Assembly: GCA_965248445.1 (NCBI GenBank)
Contig: CBDFJG010000004.1
Coordinates: 384,001 to 448,000, forward strand
Reading direction: 5' to 3'
Source: Planctomycetota bacterium
GTDB taxonomy: Bacteria > Planctomycetota > JAJSAM01 > JAJVHW01
Length of the DNA: 64,000 nucleotides
Below, piece by piece: positions 19,732-29,549 of this stretch. Position 1 is the first letter of the stretch; each line of letters opens with the position of its first letter. The notes under the pieces were generated by a model, which did no database searches, was not told the origin of the DNA, and saw nothing but the letters and a program-made list of their open reading frames with translations. The position numbers and the translations under genes were made by a program.

Positions 19732-21724
19732 TCACTCGGGCTCGTCGGCGGCCGGCTCCGCGTCGCGGAGGTCGGCGCGCCGGACGACGCGCGCCGACAG
19801 GATGCGGTCGTCCACGTCGATCCGATCGACGACGGTCCAACCCGTTCGTGACGCGTCCGAACGCGGTGTAGTGCACGTCCAGGTGCGGCGCGCGCGAGTG
19901 CATGATGAACAACTGGCAGCCACCCGAGTCAGGGTGGGACGAGCGAGGCATCCCGAGAGTCCCCCGCACGAACGGCTCGAGAGTCGGTTCGAGCGGCAGC
20001 GAGACACCGGCCGCGCCAGAGCCGTCGCCGCGTGGGCAGCCGCCCTGGATGACGAAATCCCCGACAACACGGTGCCACGTCAAGCCGTCATAGTGGCCGC
20101 GGTTCGCCAGCGCCGTCACATGCGCAACGTGGATCGGTGCCTTCTCGGGGAAGAGCCGGATGTGAATCCGGCCGCGCGTCGTCTCGAGGATCATCATCGG
20201 GATGCGCGGAGGGGAGGCCATGTCGGCCTCGGACGCACCCACAACCTGTGTGCGGCGCGGCTCCGGATCGTCCTCGGCGCCGGCGCGCTTGGCCAGCGCC
20301 TTGGCCGCCGTGAACGCCACCGCCGGGTGCGGATCGTTCTCGTGGGCTGCGAGAACACCCTCGTCCGAGACGCCCTCCCATCCTGCGAGTGCGTCCAGCG
20401 CACCAGCGCGTGCGTCCGCTCCGTCCATCCCGGGGAAGCGCGCGGGTACCGCGCGCACCAGAGGAGCCAGCGAGCGCAGGTCGTTGGAGGCAGCGACCTC
20501 GCATGCGTAGTTGACGAGCACCGGATCTGCGTCGTCGGTCAGCACCCGCCTGAGCAATGGCTCGATGCCGGCACCCTTCTTGCCCTTGAGGGCGGACAGA
20601 GCGCCCCCGCGTACGCGCACGTGCGGATCGGACGAGGCAATGTCCACAATGCGCGCGACAGCGGCCGAACCCTCCTGCGCCGCGAGCACTGTCGCGGCCG
20701 CGCTGCGGACGTACTCCGCGTCGTCACGCAGCAGACTGTCGACGAGCCGAGCGGCCCGCGGGGCGTCGAGCGCTGCGAGCGACGTCGCCGCATCGTGGCG
20801 GACCGACACCGACGGGTCCTCGCGCGCGATCCTCTCGAAGGCATCGGCCGAGGCCATGTCCTTGCGGCGACTGAGTCCCGCGATGGCGGCGGTGCGCACG
20901 TGGTACGATTCGTCCGCCAGGTTCTTGCGGAGCGGAGCGAGCACGGCGCCGCTGTCGAAGGACGAGAGCGCACGACACGCGGCAACGCGCACGTGCTCGT
21001 TCGGGTCGGAAGCAAGCGTCCGGAGCGCCGGCAGCGCCTGGCGCGCTTCGGCGGCTCCCCACGGGTTCGCCGACGACGACACGAGCCCGAGAGCCGCGGC
21101 GCGCCGCACTTCCCAGTCTACGTCCTGGACGAGACGTGCCAGGTGCGGCACGACCCGCGGGTCCTTCACCGTGCGCGCGAGGTGACCGAGCGATGCGCGT
21201 CCGCGCACAGACGGATGGGAGGAGAACTCGAGGAGCCGCGGATCCGGGAGCGCCTGCGGCGCCGGCCGTCCCCGCCAGCGGTAGTGCGAGAAGAGCGCCT
21301 CCATCGCCTCGACGGTGCCGTCCGTCGCGAGTGCCACGAGGGCGTCCTCCGCGGAATCGTCGGGGTGGTAGCCGAGTCCCATCGCTGCCGCTGCGGCGTC
21401 CTCGCCGGAGACCTCCCGCAACCGCGCGGGGGCCGACTCGTGGCGCGAGACCCCGAGCCGAAATGCGGCCTCCGAGCGCACCGCTGCGTTCTCGCTCGCG
21501 AGGTCGGCGCCGAGGCGTTCGACGGCCTCGGCTGGAACGTCACCGCGCAGCGCCCGGATCTCCGTCGCACGCAGTTCCGCGGGGGACGGCGGACGGGCGA
21601 CGGTCGCCGCACCGCTCCCGGCGCCGCTCTCGGCGCGGGAGGGCGAGGCGGAGGCGCAGCCTCCGACCAGCCCGGCTACGAGCAGGAGCCCGCCGGCGGC
21701 CGGCACGATCCAGGTGGTACGCAT
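19732..21724 (-). pseudogene. HEAT-repeat lipoprotein fused to cyclophilin-type PPIase; +1 frameshift near the 3' end (possible sequencing error)
   Basis: Lipobox LVGGC; HEAT repeats; WHRVVGDFVIQGG, DSGGCQLFI, HLDVHYTAFG. Removing one G at 19834-19835 restores GLDVVDRI. Confidence 0.8.
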
Positions 21725-21752
21725 CCCTCTCGTCCCTCCAACGACACGGCCT

Positions 21753-21807
21753 CCGAGCTTCCTTGCCCGCCGAGCTTCCTTGCCCACTCGGGGGCCAGGG
21801 ATATTCT
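21753..21807 (+). promoter_or_regulatory. Putative rpmB promoter with tandem 16-bp repeat
   Basis: CCGAGCTTCCTTGCCC twice; TTGCCC-16-TATTCT. Confidence 0.45.
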
Positions 21808-21897
21808 GCGGGGCTTCCCCCCAGGAGCCGCGCGGAAGTCTCGCTCACGAGCCCGCAGGATTGCCAGGGGAGGCGGTTCCGAACCAGGAGTATCCCT

Positions 21898-22134
21898 ATG
21901 GCGCGCAAGTGTGAGGTATGCGGAAAGCACACCCACGTCGGCAACCAGATCGAGCGACGGGGCATCTCCAAGAAGAAGGGCGGCATCGGCCTGCGCATCA
22001 CGAGCAGGACCCGGCGCAAGTTCAAGCCCAACATCCAGAAGGTTCGGACCGTCAGCGAAGACGGCAAGACCGTGCAGCGTCAGAAGGTCTGCACGCGCTG
22101 CATCAAGGCCGGCAAGGTCAAGAAGCGCGCGTAG
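21898..22134 (+). CDS. rpmB: 50S ribosomal protein L28
   Basis: MARKCEVCGK...KKKGGIG...FKPNIQ...VCTRCIKAG; AGGAG SD. Confidence 0.95.
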   Translation: MARKCEVCGKHTHVGNQIERRGISKKKGGIGLRITSRTRRKFKPNIQKVRTVSEDGKTVQRQKVCTRCIKAGKVKKRA

Positions 22135-22148
22135 CCCTTTGTCGCGGC

Positions 22149-22320
22149 ACTCGGATCGCGGGGCGATCCTCGCGCCGCTCGGCGGGCTCGTGTCTCCCTC
22201 CTACGCGGTCTCCGACCGCGACGGAGGAGCTGCGATCACGCCGCTTGCTACGCAACCGTCGCGCTCTTGCTATTCACCCAACGAGGGCGAGCTCGCTGTA
22301 GGGGCCACCCCCGCGCGTGC
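22149..22320 (+). repeat. Composite structured intergenic repeat, copy A
   Basis: Shares ordered blocks with 43928-44071 (+) and 23053-23400 (-). Confidence 0.75.
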
Positions 22321-22388
22321 GCCGTGCGCGCAGCGCACCTGCTGATCGAGTCGCCTACGGCGTCGAGGGTGCGCGTTATCCTGCGCGC

Positions 22389-23012
22389 ATGAACGCCAGA
22401 CTGAGCCTGTCCCTGGCCGCGCCGCTCGCGCTCTTCCTCGTCGCTTGCGCCTCGGTCGATGCCGCGCCGCGGACGGAGCACGAACTCGTCCAGCACCTCG
22501 TCACCGGGTCGGCGTCGCAGTTGCAGAAGCCCGAGCCGGCAATGCAGGCGCGCGAGAAGCTGGTCGAGCGCGGTCCCGCCGCGGTGCCCGAGCTGGTAGC
22601 GGCGCTGCGCGATCCCGAACTGTCTGACGGGACGCGGATCTTCGTCATGGGCACGCTCGGCGAGATGGGCGAGGACGCCCGCGCGGCGGTCCCCGCAGTC
22701 GTGGAGTTCATCGAGCGGGCGCCACGGTCGCGCCGGTCCGGTGCGAACCGCCCAATCGCCCGTCGCATCTTCGGCCTCTGGACGCTGAAGCGCATGGGAC
22801 CCGCCGCGGCGGCCGCCGTGCCGTTCCTCATCCGCACGCTCGACGGCGAGATCGATACCGCACAGTACGCCGCACAGACGCTCGGCGCGATCGGACCCGC
22901 CGCGAGCGATGCCGTCCCCGCACTCGCGCGTGGCCTGAGGCACGAGAACCCCGACGTCGCCAACGCGTGCCGCGAGGCGCTGCGCGCAATCCTGGCACTC
23001 GACGAAGAGTAG
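22389..23012 (+). CDS. HEAT-repeat lipoprotein
   Basis: Lipobox LVAC; repeated AVP.L...L.D / LG.IGP.A motifs. Confidence 0.85.
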   Translation: MNARLSLSLAAPLALFLVACASVDAAPRTEHELVQHLVTGSASQLQKPEPAMQAREKLVERGPAAVPELVAALRDPELSDGTRIFVMGTLGEMGEDARAAVPAVVEFIERAPRSRRSGANRPIARRIFGLWTLKRMGPAAAAAVPFLIRTLDGEIDTAQYAAQTLGAIGPAASDAVPALARGLRHENPDVANACREALRAILALDEE

Positions 23013-23052
23013 TAGCCGGCGGATTAGCCAAACGCGTCCAGCTGCGAACGTC

Positions 23053-23400
23053 CGCGGGCGGGGGTGGAACCCCGCCCCTACAAGGGGATCGGTCTCGTTG
23101 CGTGAATGCGAAGGGGTGAACGACGGTGCCGCGAAGCGGCAGCCGAAGCGTCCGGTGAACGGTTCGGCAGGAGTGAACGCGCAGCGGAGGCGGAACGCCG
23201 GAGCGGAGTGGCACCGGGGGTTGCGGAGCAAGCCGTGTGACCGAAGCCCGTGAGGGAGCGCCGCGCCGAGCGGCGATGCCGAACGCCCGCGACCCGAGTC
23301 CGCGCGTCAGCGGACAGGGGGCAGACGACATGAACAATGTCGTTTGCAGCGGGAGCGTAGCGGACGGAGTCCGCGGAGAAGGGGGACACTCGATGAGCAG
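23053..23400 (-). repeat. Composite structured repeat, copy C, ending in a GTAG-type REP palindrome
   Basis: Blocks homologous to copies A and B, followed by TGTAGGGGCGGGGTTCCACCCCCGCCCGCG at 23053-23082. Confidence 0.7.
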
Positions 23401-23439
23401 GGGGCACGCGGATGGCCCCGCGATCCGCGTGACGCGCGG

Positions 23440-24587
23440 CTAGCGAAACCGGCGGCGGCGGCGGGGGCGGATCTGCGGTTTCGCCGACTCGTACGTTCCG
23501 TCGAGCACGGCCTGCAGATCCGGCAGCACTTCGGCCGGCGTCTGGTACCGCTCCGCACGGTCCTGCGCCATCAGCTTCATGATGATCTCGCTGATGCCTG
23601 ACGGCAGGTCGCGGCGCAGCTCGGATGCGTCCGGCCGCGGCTCGGTGAGGTGCTTCGCCATCACCACGGCGGGAGTCGGTCCCTCAAAGGCGACCTGCCC
23701 CGTCACCGCGTGGTAGTAGCTCGCGCCGAGAGAGTAGAGATCTGAACGAATGTCGATGTCGAGCTGTCCGCGCGCCTGCTCCGGCGAGATGTAGTACGGC
23801 GTCCCGATGGCCTTGCCCTCGAGCGTCTCTCACTGCCGTCCTCGCCAATCTCCTTCGCGAGACCCAGGTCGCACAGCTTGGCCTGCCCCTGGCGACGCGT
23901 GATCACGATGTTCGCCGGCTTGACGTCGCGGTGCACGAGCCCGTTGCGGTTCGCATGTTCGAGCGCGCGGGCGATCTGCAGGATCACCTTGGTGGCGGCG
24001 AGGCCGTCCATCGGCCCGCGTTCCTCGAGGAGCTGTAGCAGCGTCGGCCCCTCGATGAACTCCATCACGAAGTAGCGGAAGCCGCGGGACTCGCCGACGT
24101 CGATGCCCGAGACGATGTTGGGGTGGTTGAGCCTCGCGACCGCGCGGGCCTCCCGCAGGAAACGCTGCAGGTGGCGCTTCTCCATCGCCCGGCGGGGGGT
24201 CAGCAGCTTGACGGCGACGGATCGGCGGAGCGAGAGCTGTTCTGCGCGGAACACCGCCCCCATCGACCCCTCGCCCATCACGGCTTCGAGGCGGTAGCCG
24301 TCGATCAGGTCCCGGGGGATGCCCTTCCAGCGGTCCGAGATCGACGTGCGGGCGCTCCGCAGCGCCGCGGTCTTGCGCAGCTTCCGGGCGTCGGCGTCCG
24401 CGGCGGGCGTTTCGGCGGCGAGACCCGGGATCGGCGCGACCTCGACGGAGTCTCCGGGAGTGCCGCCGGGGATCGGCGCGAGCTCCACGGAGCTGGCCCC
24501 GACCTTCGAGTCGATCGGCGCCTTCTCGACTCCGCCGGGCTGCTGGCCCGACGGATTGATCTTCAGCCGTCGTCGTCGTCTGCGCAC
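23440..24587 (-). pseudogene. Hanks-type Ser/Thr protein kinase, frameshifted in the activation loop (possible sequencing error)
   Basis: GEGSMG, VAVK, HRDVKPAN and DLG in one frame; GTPYYISPEQARG and DLYSLG in another. Shift lies in the TC run at 23826-23831. Confidence 0.85.
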
Positions 24588-25057
24588 GTGTATCCCGCGA
24601 TCTCGTTCTCGAGCCCCAGGCTCCCGAGGACCTCCAGCGTCCTCAGGTGCATCCTACGGGCATCATCGGCAGTCGAGTCGTCGAAGCCCAAGAGGTGCAG
24701 GGTGCCGTGAACCACGTAGAGCGTGAGCTCGGCGAGGGGCGCGACCCCCCTCCGTTCAGCCTCGCGGAGCGCGGTGTCCAGGCTCACCACGACCTCCGCG
24801 ACGTAGCCTCGCGCATCGGCTTCCGCCGATTCGCCGGGCTGTGCACCGAGTGGGAACGCCAGCACGTCGGTCGGTTCGTCGCACGCGTGGAAGTCGCGGT
24901 TCACCCGCTGCATGGTCGCGTCGTCGACGATCGCGACGGAGAGCCCGCCCGCGAAGCCGGTGAGTTCGACGGCGCGGGTCAGGTGCCCGGCCAGTTCGTC
25001 TTCGGGGAGCGGCAGCCGTCCGGCGGCGACCTCGACCGCGAGCGAGAGTTCGCTCAC
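24563..25057 (-). CDS. ybeY: rRNA maturation endoribonuclease YbeY
   Basis: PTDVLAFP, YVVHGTLHLLGFDD. Confidence 0.92.
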   Translation of the reverse strand: MSELSLAVEVAAGRLPLPEDELAGHLTRAVELTGFAGGLSVAIVDDATMQRVNRDFHACDEPTDVLAFPLGAQPGESAEADARGYVAEVVVSLDTALREAERRGVAPLAELTLYVVHGTLHLLGFDDSTADDARRMHLRTLEVLGSLGLENEIAGYTCADDDDG

Positions 25058-26070
25058 GCTGTGTCCGCGCCGTCTCCGTTGCCCTCGGAGCTGACCACGC
25101 GCGGGGTGCGGCGGCGTGCGTCGACATCGTAGGCATCGACGATCTCCTGGACCAGCGGGTGCCGCACGATGTCCTCGCGCCCTAGGTGGCAGAACGCGAT
25201 GCCCTCCACGTGGGAGAGCCGCTCCTGCGCATCGACGAGACCGCTGCGCTTCCCGCTCGGCAGGTCCGTCTGTGTGACGTCCCCCGTCACGACGATCTTG
25301 CTGCTGCGCCCCATGCGCGTGAGGAACATCTTCATTTGCGCGGCGGTCGTGTTCTGGCCCTCGTCGAGGATGATGAACGCGTTATCAAGCGTGCGCCCGC
25401 GCATGTACGCGAGCGGCACGACCTCGATGACGTCGTTCTCCTGGAAGCGCCGCACCTCGTCGAAGTCGAGGAAGTCCGCGAGCGCGTCGTAGAGCGGGCG
25501 CAGGTAGGGGTTGACCTTCGCCGTGAGGTCGCCGGGTAGGAATCCGAGATGTTCCCCCGCCTCGACCGCCGGACGCACGAGGACCAGCTTGCGGAAGCGG
25601 CCGCGCCGCATCATCCGGATCGCCATGGCGACGGCGAGATACGTCTTCCCCGTGCCCGCCGGACCGATAGCGAACACGATGTCCTTCTGCTGCACGCCGT
25701 GCACGTACGCCGCCTGGTTCGACGTGCGCGGACGGATCGCCGTGTCGTCTCGCGCGCGCAGGATGCGATCCAGCGGTGAGACCTCGGACTCGCCTTCGTC
25801 GCGCAGCCGCCGCAGCTCTGACTCGATCTCCATGGCCGAGATGCTCTCGCCCGCGCGGACGCGCTGGATGAGCTGCTCGAGCACGGAGACGGCCTGCTCG
25901 ACCTCCGCGCGCTCGCCGCTGACCGTCACGGTGCCGCGGCGCGCGTGAACACGCACTCCGAGGAAGCGGCGCAGCAGCCGCAGGGTGCGGTCCTCCTGCC
26001 CGAGGAGCGCACGCTCCTCCTCGGTGTTCTTCAGTCGCAGGACGTGTTCGGCGGGCGCGGCAGGTCTCAT
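25054..26070 (-). CDS. phoH: PhoH-family ATPase
   Basis: GPAGTGKT, RPAVEAGE.LGFLPG, YMRGRTL, DEGQN. Confidence 0.93.
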   Translation of the reverse strand: MRPAAPAEHVLRLKNTEEERALLGQEDRTLRLLRRFLGVRVHARRGTVTVSGERAEVEQAVSVLEQLIQRVRAGESISAMEIESELRRLRDEGESEVSPLDRILRARDDTAIRPRTSNQAAYVHGVQQKDIVFAIGPAGTGKTYLAVAMAIRMMRRGRFRKLVLVRPAVEAGEHLGFLPGDLTAKVNPYLRPLYDALADFLDFDEVRRFQENDVIEVVPLAYMRGRTLDNAFIILDEGQNTTAAQMKMFLTRMGRSSKIVVTGDVTQTDLPSGKRSGLVDAQERLSHVEGIAFCHLGREDIVRHPLVQEIVDAYDVDARRRTPRVVSSEGNGDGADTA

Positions 26071-26087
26071 CGCGTCAGCGTAACTCT

Positions 26088-26981
26088 CTACGCACCACGC
26101 ACAATCAGGAGTTGGACGTAGAGATACGCGAACGGGGCCGCGAGAAGCAGCGCGTCGAGCATGTCGAGCACGCCGCCGATCTCTCCGAAGATGCTCGCGG
26201 TGTCCTTCGCGCCCACGCCACGCTTGAAGTACGACTCGACCAGGTCGCCGCCCTGCCCCGCCAGGTTGACGACCAGCCCGAGCCCCGCCATCAGGCGGGT
26301 TTCCCAGCCGAACCACGTCCCGAGCAGCACGGCGACGGCGACCGAGGCGATCACCGACGCAAGTGCGCCCTCCCATGTCTTCTTGGGCGAGACCCACGAC
26401 AACGGGTGCCGGCCGATCGCGCGGCCCACGAAGTACGCCGCGGAGTCACCGAGCTTCACCGCGGCGACGGACACCAGCACCAGCGCGAGTCCCCGGTCCA
26501 ATCCGTGCTCGGAAGCGGCTCCGGGCACGGTTCCGGTCACGAGGCGAAGTTCGAGCAGGAACGCACCGAGCACGCCGATCCACACGAGCGGCAGAGCGGT
26601 TGCTGCCGTCCGCACGAGGTCGCGCGGTTGCGGCCCCTCGGGCGGTTGCGCGCCCGCGATCGCCAGGGCAACCGGACCCACCGCGCCCAGACCGAGCAGC
26701 ACGGTGAGCGCAGCGCGGCCCTCGTCCGCGGTCAGCCCGAGGTCCGGCGCCAGCGCGCGGATCACCAGACCCGCCACAAGCACGACGACTCCGAGCCCCG
26801 CGTGGCACGCGATCCCGCCGCTCTTGAAGAGCCCGTAGGCCTCGGCCAGCGCGCGCACCAGCAACAGCACGATCAACGCACACGTGGCGTACCGCGTGTC
26901 CGTCAGGACGTCCACGGCTCCGAACCCGATGACCACGGCGCCCAGCGCGAGTCCCGTCGCGACCCGGCGGGCACGGATCAC
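26088..26981 (-). CDS. cdsA: Phosphatidate cytidylyltransferase
   Basis: DSAAYFVG, SPKKTWEG, GDLVESYFKR..G.KD; follows uppS with a GTGA overlap. Confidence 0.9.
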   Translation of the reverse strand: MIRARRVATGLALGAVVIGFGAVDVLTDTRYATCALIVLLLVRALAEAYGLFKSGGIACHAGLGVVVLVAGLVIRALAPDLGLTADEGRAALTVLLGLGAVGPVALAIAGAQPPEGPQPRDLVRTAATALPLVWIGVLGAFLLELRLVTGTVPGAASEHGLDRGLALVLVSVAAVKLGDSAAYFVGRAIGRHPLSWVSPKKTWEGALASVIASVAVAVLLGTWFGWETRLMAGLGLVVNLAGQGGDLVESYFKRGVGAKDTASIFGEIGGVLDMLDALLLAAPFAYLYVQLLIVRGA

Positions 26982-27739
26982 TGGGACACCCGGCCGCCGA
27001 AGCGGCGCTCGCGCGCAGCGAACGAGCGAATCGCATCGAAGAGATGCTCGCGGCGGAACTCCGGCCACAACACGTCCGTCACGTACAGCTCGGCATACGA
27101 GATCTGCCAGAGCAGGAAATTGCTGACGCGCATCTCCCCGGCGGTGCGGATGCACAGATCGACGTCCCGCATCTCCGGGTCGTAGAGCTGAGCGGCGAGC
27201 GCGTCCTCGTCGATCGCATCCGGATCCAGTTCGCCAGCGCGCACGGCGCGGGCCAGCCTGCGCGCCGCGTCCGCCAGTTCCGACCTTCCGCCGTAGTTCA
27301 GCGCGAGCCGCAGCACCATGCCGTCGTTGTCCGCGGAGAGGCGCTCGGTCTCGCGCAGTTCGCCGACCGTCTCCGCGGGCATCTCGTCGATGCGCCCGAT
27401 CGTCGTGAAGCGAATGCCGTTGCGCTCGATCTCCGGACGCTCGTCCACGGCGAATTTGGAGAGCAGGCGCATGAGGTACGACACCTCCTTGCGCGGCCGC
27501 TTCCAGTTCTCGATGCTGAACGCGTAGAGCGTCAGCTCGCGGATGCCGAGCTCCGCTCCGGCGCGCGCGGTGTCGCGCACCGACTCGATCCCGGCGGTGT
27601 GTCCGCGGATCCGTTCCCACCCCGCGCGCCGCGCCCATCGGCCGTTGCCGTCCATGATGATCCCGACCGAAGCCGGGATCTTCTCCGGCGGGACATCCGG
27701 GAGCAGACGCTCCGGGAAGGGCTTCGGAGCACGCGCCAC
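26978..27739 (-). CDS. uppS: Undecaprenyl-diphosphate synthase
   Basis: IMDGNGRWA, YAFSIENWKRP, NYGGR, RVSNFLLWQ. Confidence 0.95.
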   Translation of the reverse strand: MARAPKPFPERLLPDVPPEKIPASVGIIMDGNGRWARRAGWERIRGHTAGIESVRDTARAGAELGIRELTLYAFSIENWKRPRKEVSYLMRLLSKFAVDERPEIERNGIRFTTIGRIDEMPAETVGELRETERLSADNDGMVLRLALNYGGRSELADAARRLARAVRAGELDPDAIDEDALAAQLYDPEMRDVDLCIRTAGEMRVSNFLLWQISYAELYVTDVLWPEFRREHLFDAIRSFAARERRFGGRVSQ

Positions 27740-29044
27740 TCAGCAGGCTCCCGCGACGGAAACTGATCCGCGCATCGGGACGATCTGCTCGCGGCTCGGC
27801 CCGACGGAGACCAGCGACACCGGCGCACCGGCCTGCTCCTCGATGAACTCCACGATGCGGCGTGCGTTCGTGGGCAGGTCCTCGGGGCGGCGACAACCCG
27901 TGATGTCCTCGGAGAAGCCCGGCAGCATCTCGTACACGGCCTTGGCCCGAGCGAGACCTGGCGCGGTCGCCGGAACGCGATCCGTGCGTCCGTCCGGGGT
28001 GTCGTACGCGACACAGATGGGGACCTGCTCGAATCCACTCAGGCAGTCGAGCTTCGTGACGACGAGTTCGTCGATGCCGTTGGACCGCACGCTGTAGCGG
28101 GCCATCGGGGCGTCGAACCAGCCGCACTCGCGCGGGCGGCCCGTCGTGGTTCCATACTCGTGGCCCGCGTCGCGCAGACGCTGGGCGTCGGCGTCGTTCG
28201 CCTTCGCCGGGAACAGGTCGCTGCCGACGCGCGTCATGTACGCCTTCAAGACGCCGATCACGCGGTTGATGGCCTTGGGCGGGATGCCCGTGCCGGACGG
28301 CACTCCCAGCGCACAGGAGTTCGAGCCCGTGACGTATGGATAGCTGCCGAGGTCCACATCGAGCAGCACGCCCTGCGCACCCTCGAAGAGCACGTTCTTG
28401 CCGGCATCGATCGAGTCGTGCAGGAGGCCGACGGCGTCGCCGACGAACGGTTCGAGTCGCTCGGCGTACGCGCGAGCCTGGTCGAAAATCGCCTCCGCGT
28501 CGAGCGGCTCGAGGCCGTAGCTGTCGACGATCAGCCGGTTCTTCTCCTCCACGTTCATCGCGATGCGATCCTGCAGCCACTCTTCCTCGTAGAGATCGCC
28601 GACGCGGATGCCGCGGTAGCTCACCTTGTCCGCGTAGCACGGCCCGATCCCCGACCCGGTGGTGCCGTACTTGCGCGCTCCCGCGAACTTCTCGCGCGTC
28701 GTGTCGAGCAGTTTGTGCCACGGCATCACGACGTGGGCCCGGTCGGACACGACGAGGTTGTCGCCGACGTGGATGCCGCGCTCGATCAGTTGGTCAAGTT
28801 CACGGAAGAGAAGCGGGATCTCGACGACGACGCCGTGCGCCACGACGCAGGTCTTGTCCGGGCGCAAGATGCCCGACGGCACCAGGTGCAGGCGATACGT
28901 CTCGCCCTCGAAGATGACCGTGTGACCGGCGTTCGCGCCGCCCTGGTAGCGCACGACCAGATCGGCGTCGCTCGCGAGGAGGTCGACGACACGGGCCTTG
29001 CCCTCGTCGCCCCACTGCGCCCCAATCACGCACGTCGTCGGCAT
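27740..29044 (-). CDS. purA: Adenylosuccinate synthetase
   Basis: GAQWGDEGK, GGANAGHT, EGAQG, EYGTTTGRPR. Confidence 0.97.
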   Translation of the reverse strand: MPTTCVIGAQWGDEGKARVVDLLASDADLVVRYQGGANAGHTVIFEGETYRLHLVPSGILRPDKTCVVAHGVVVEIPLLFRELDQLIERGIHVGDNLVVSDRAHVVMPWHKLLDTTREKFAGARKYGTTGSGIGPCYADKVSYRGIRVGDLYEEEWLQDRIAMNVEEKNRLIVDSYGLEPLDAEAIFDQARAYAERLEPFVGDAVGLLHDSIDAGKNVLFEGAQGVLLDVDLGSYPYVTGSNSCALGVPSGTGIPPKAINRVIGVLKAYMTRVGSDLFPAKANDADAQRLRDAGHEYGTTTGRPRECGWFDAPMARYSVRSNGIDELVVTKLDCLSGFEQVPICVAYDTPDGRTDRVPATAPGLARAKAVYEMLPGFSEDITGCRRPEDLPTNARRIVEFIEEQAGAPVSLVSVGPSREQIVPMRGSVSVAGAC

Positions 29045-29173
29045 CTCGGTCGTCCTTCCCGGCGGCTCCACGCCGCAACGGGAGATTGTGGGCGGGCGAG
29101 AGTCCCGGAGGGCCTTTTTCCGGTCTCGGGGACACGCCCGACCGCGAGGTGCATCCGATAGGCTGGCTCGATC

Positions 29174-29549
29174 GTGAAGGAGCGGCGGATCTGGACTGCG
29201 GCATGCGTCCTGGCGACGCTGGTTACCGGCGTGCTGCTGCTGTCCGGCGACGGCGACCCCGTCCCCGACGACCGGGCGGACGTTGCGGACGCTGCAGCCC
29301 CGGCCCCGCAGCCCGCTCCGGAGGAGGAGCCGGCAAGCGCGTCCGCGTCGATCCAACGGTGCCCGGAGACCACGAACCGGCGTTCACCGACGAGGAGTGG
29401 ATCGTCCGCGTGGTGGACCGGGACGATCAGCCGATCGCGGACGCGCTCGTCTCCTTCGAGAGCGACCTGGCGGACTTTCTGGTGATCACGGACGGCGCGG
29501 GCGAGGTGCGGTTCAGCTTCCAGCCCGCGAGCGTACGGTCGCCCGTTAC
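29174..29549 (+). pseudogene. Fragment of a membrane-anchored carboxypeptidase-regulatory-like protein, frameshifted and 3'-truncated
   Basis: N-terminal TM in one frame; VRVVDRDDQPIADALV...TDGAGEVRF in another. Reads on into carA antisense with no stop before carA. Confidence 0.55.

Noticed and set aside
17487..22345. Long + strand ORFs (794 and 847 aa)
   Set aside because: Antisense to uvrD and the HEAT-PPIase gene; no recognisable motifs.
23110..23123. 14-bp match (CGAAGGGGTGAACG) to the IS66 left end
   Set aside because: Lacks the terminal GTTAC and a partner end; could be chance within the repeat family.
26088..28721. 877-aa ORF, and similar long extensions such as 39822-42170 and 40682-42307
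   Set aside because: Only the C-terminal parts are real genes (cdsA, YkgJ-like, kinase); the extensions are stop-poor alternate frames of high-GC DNA.
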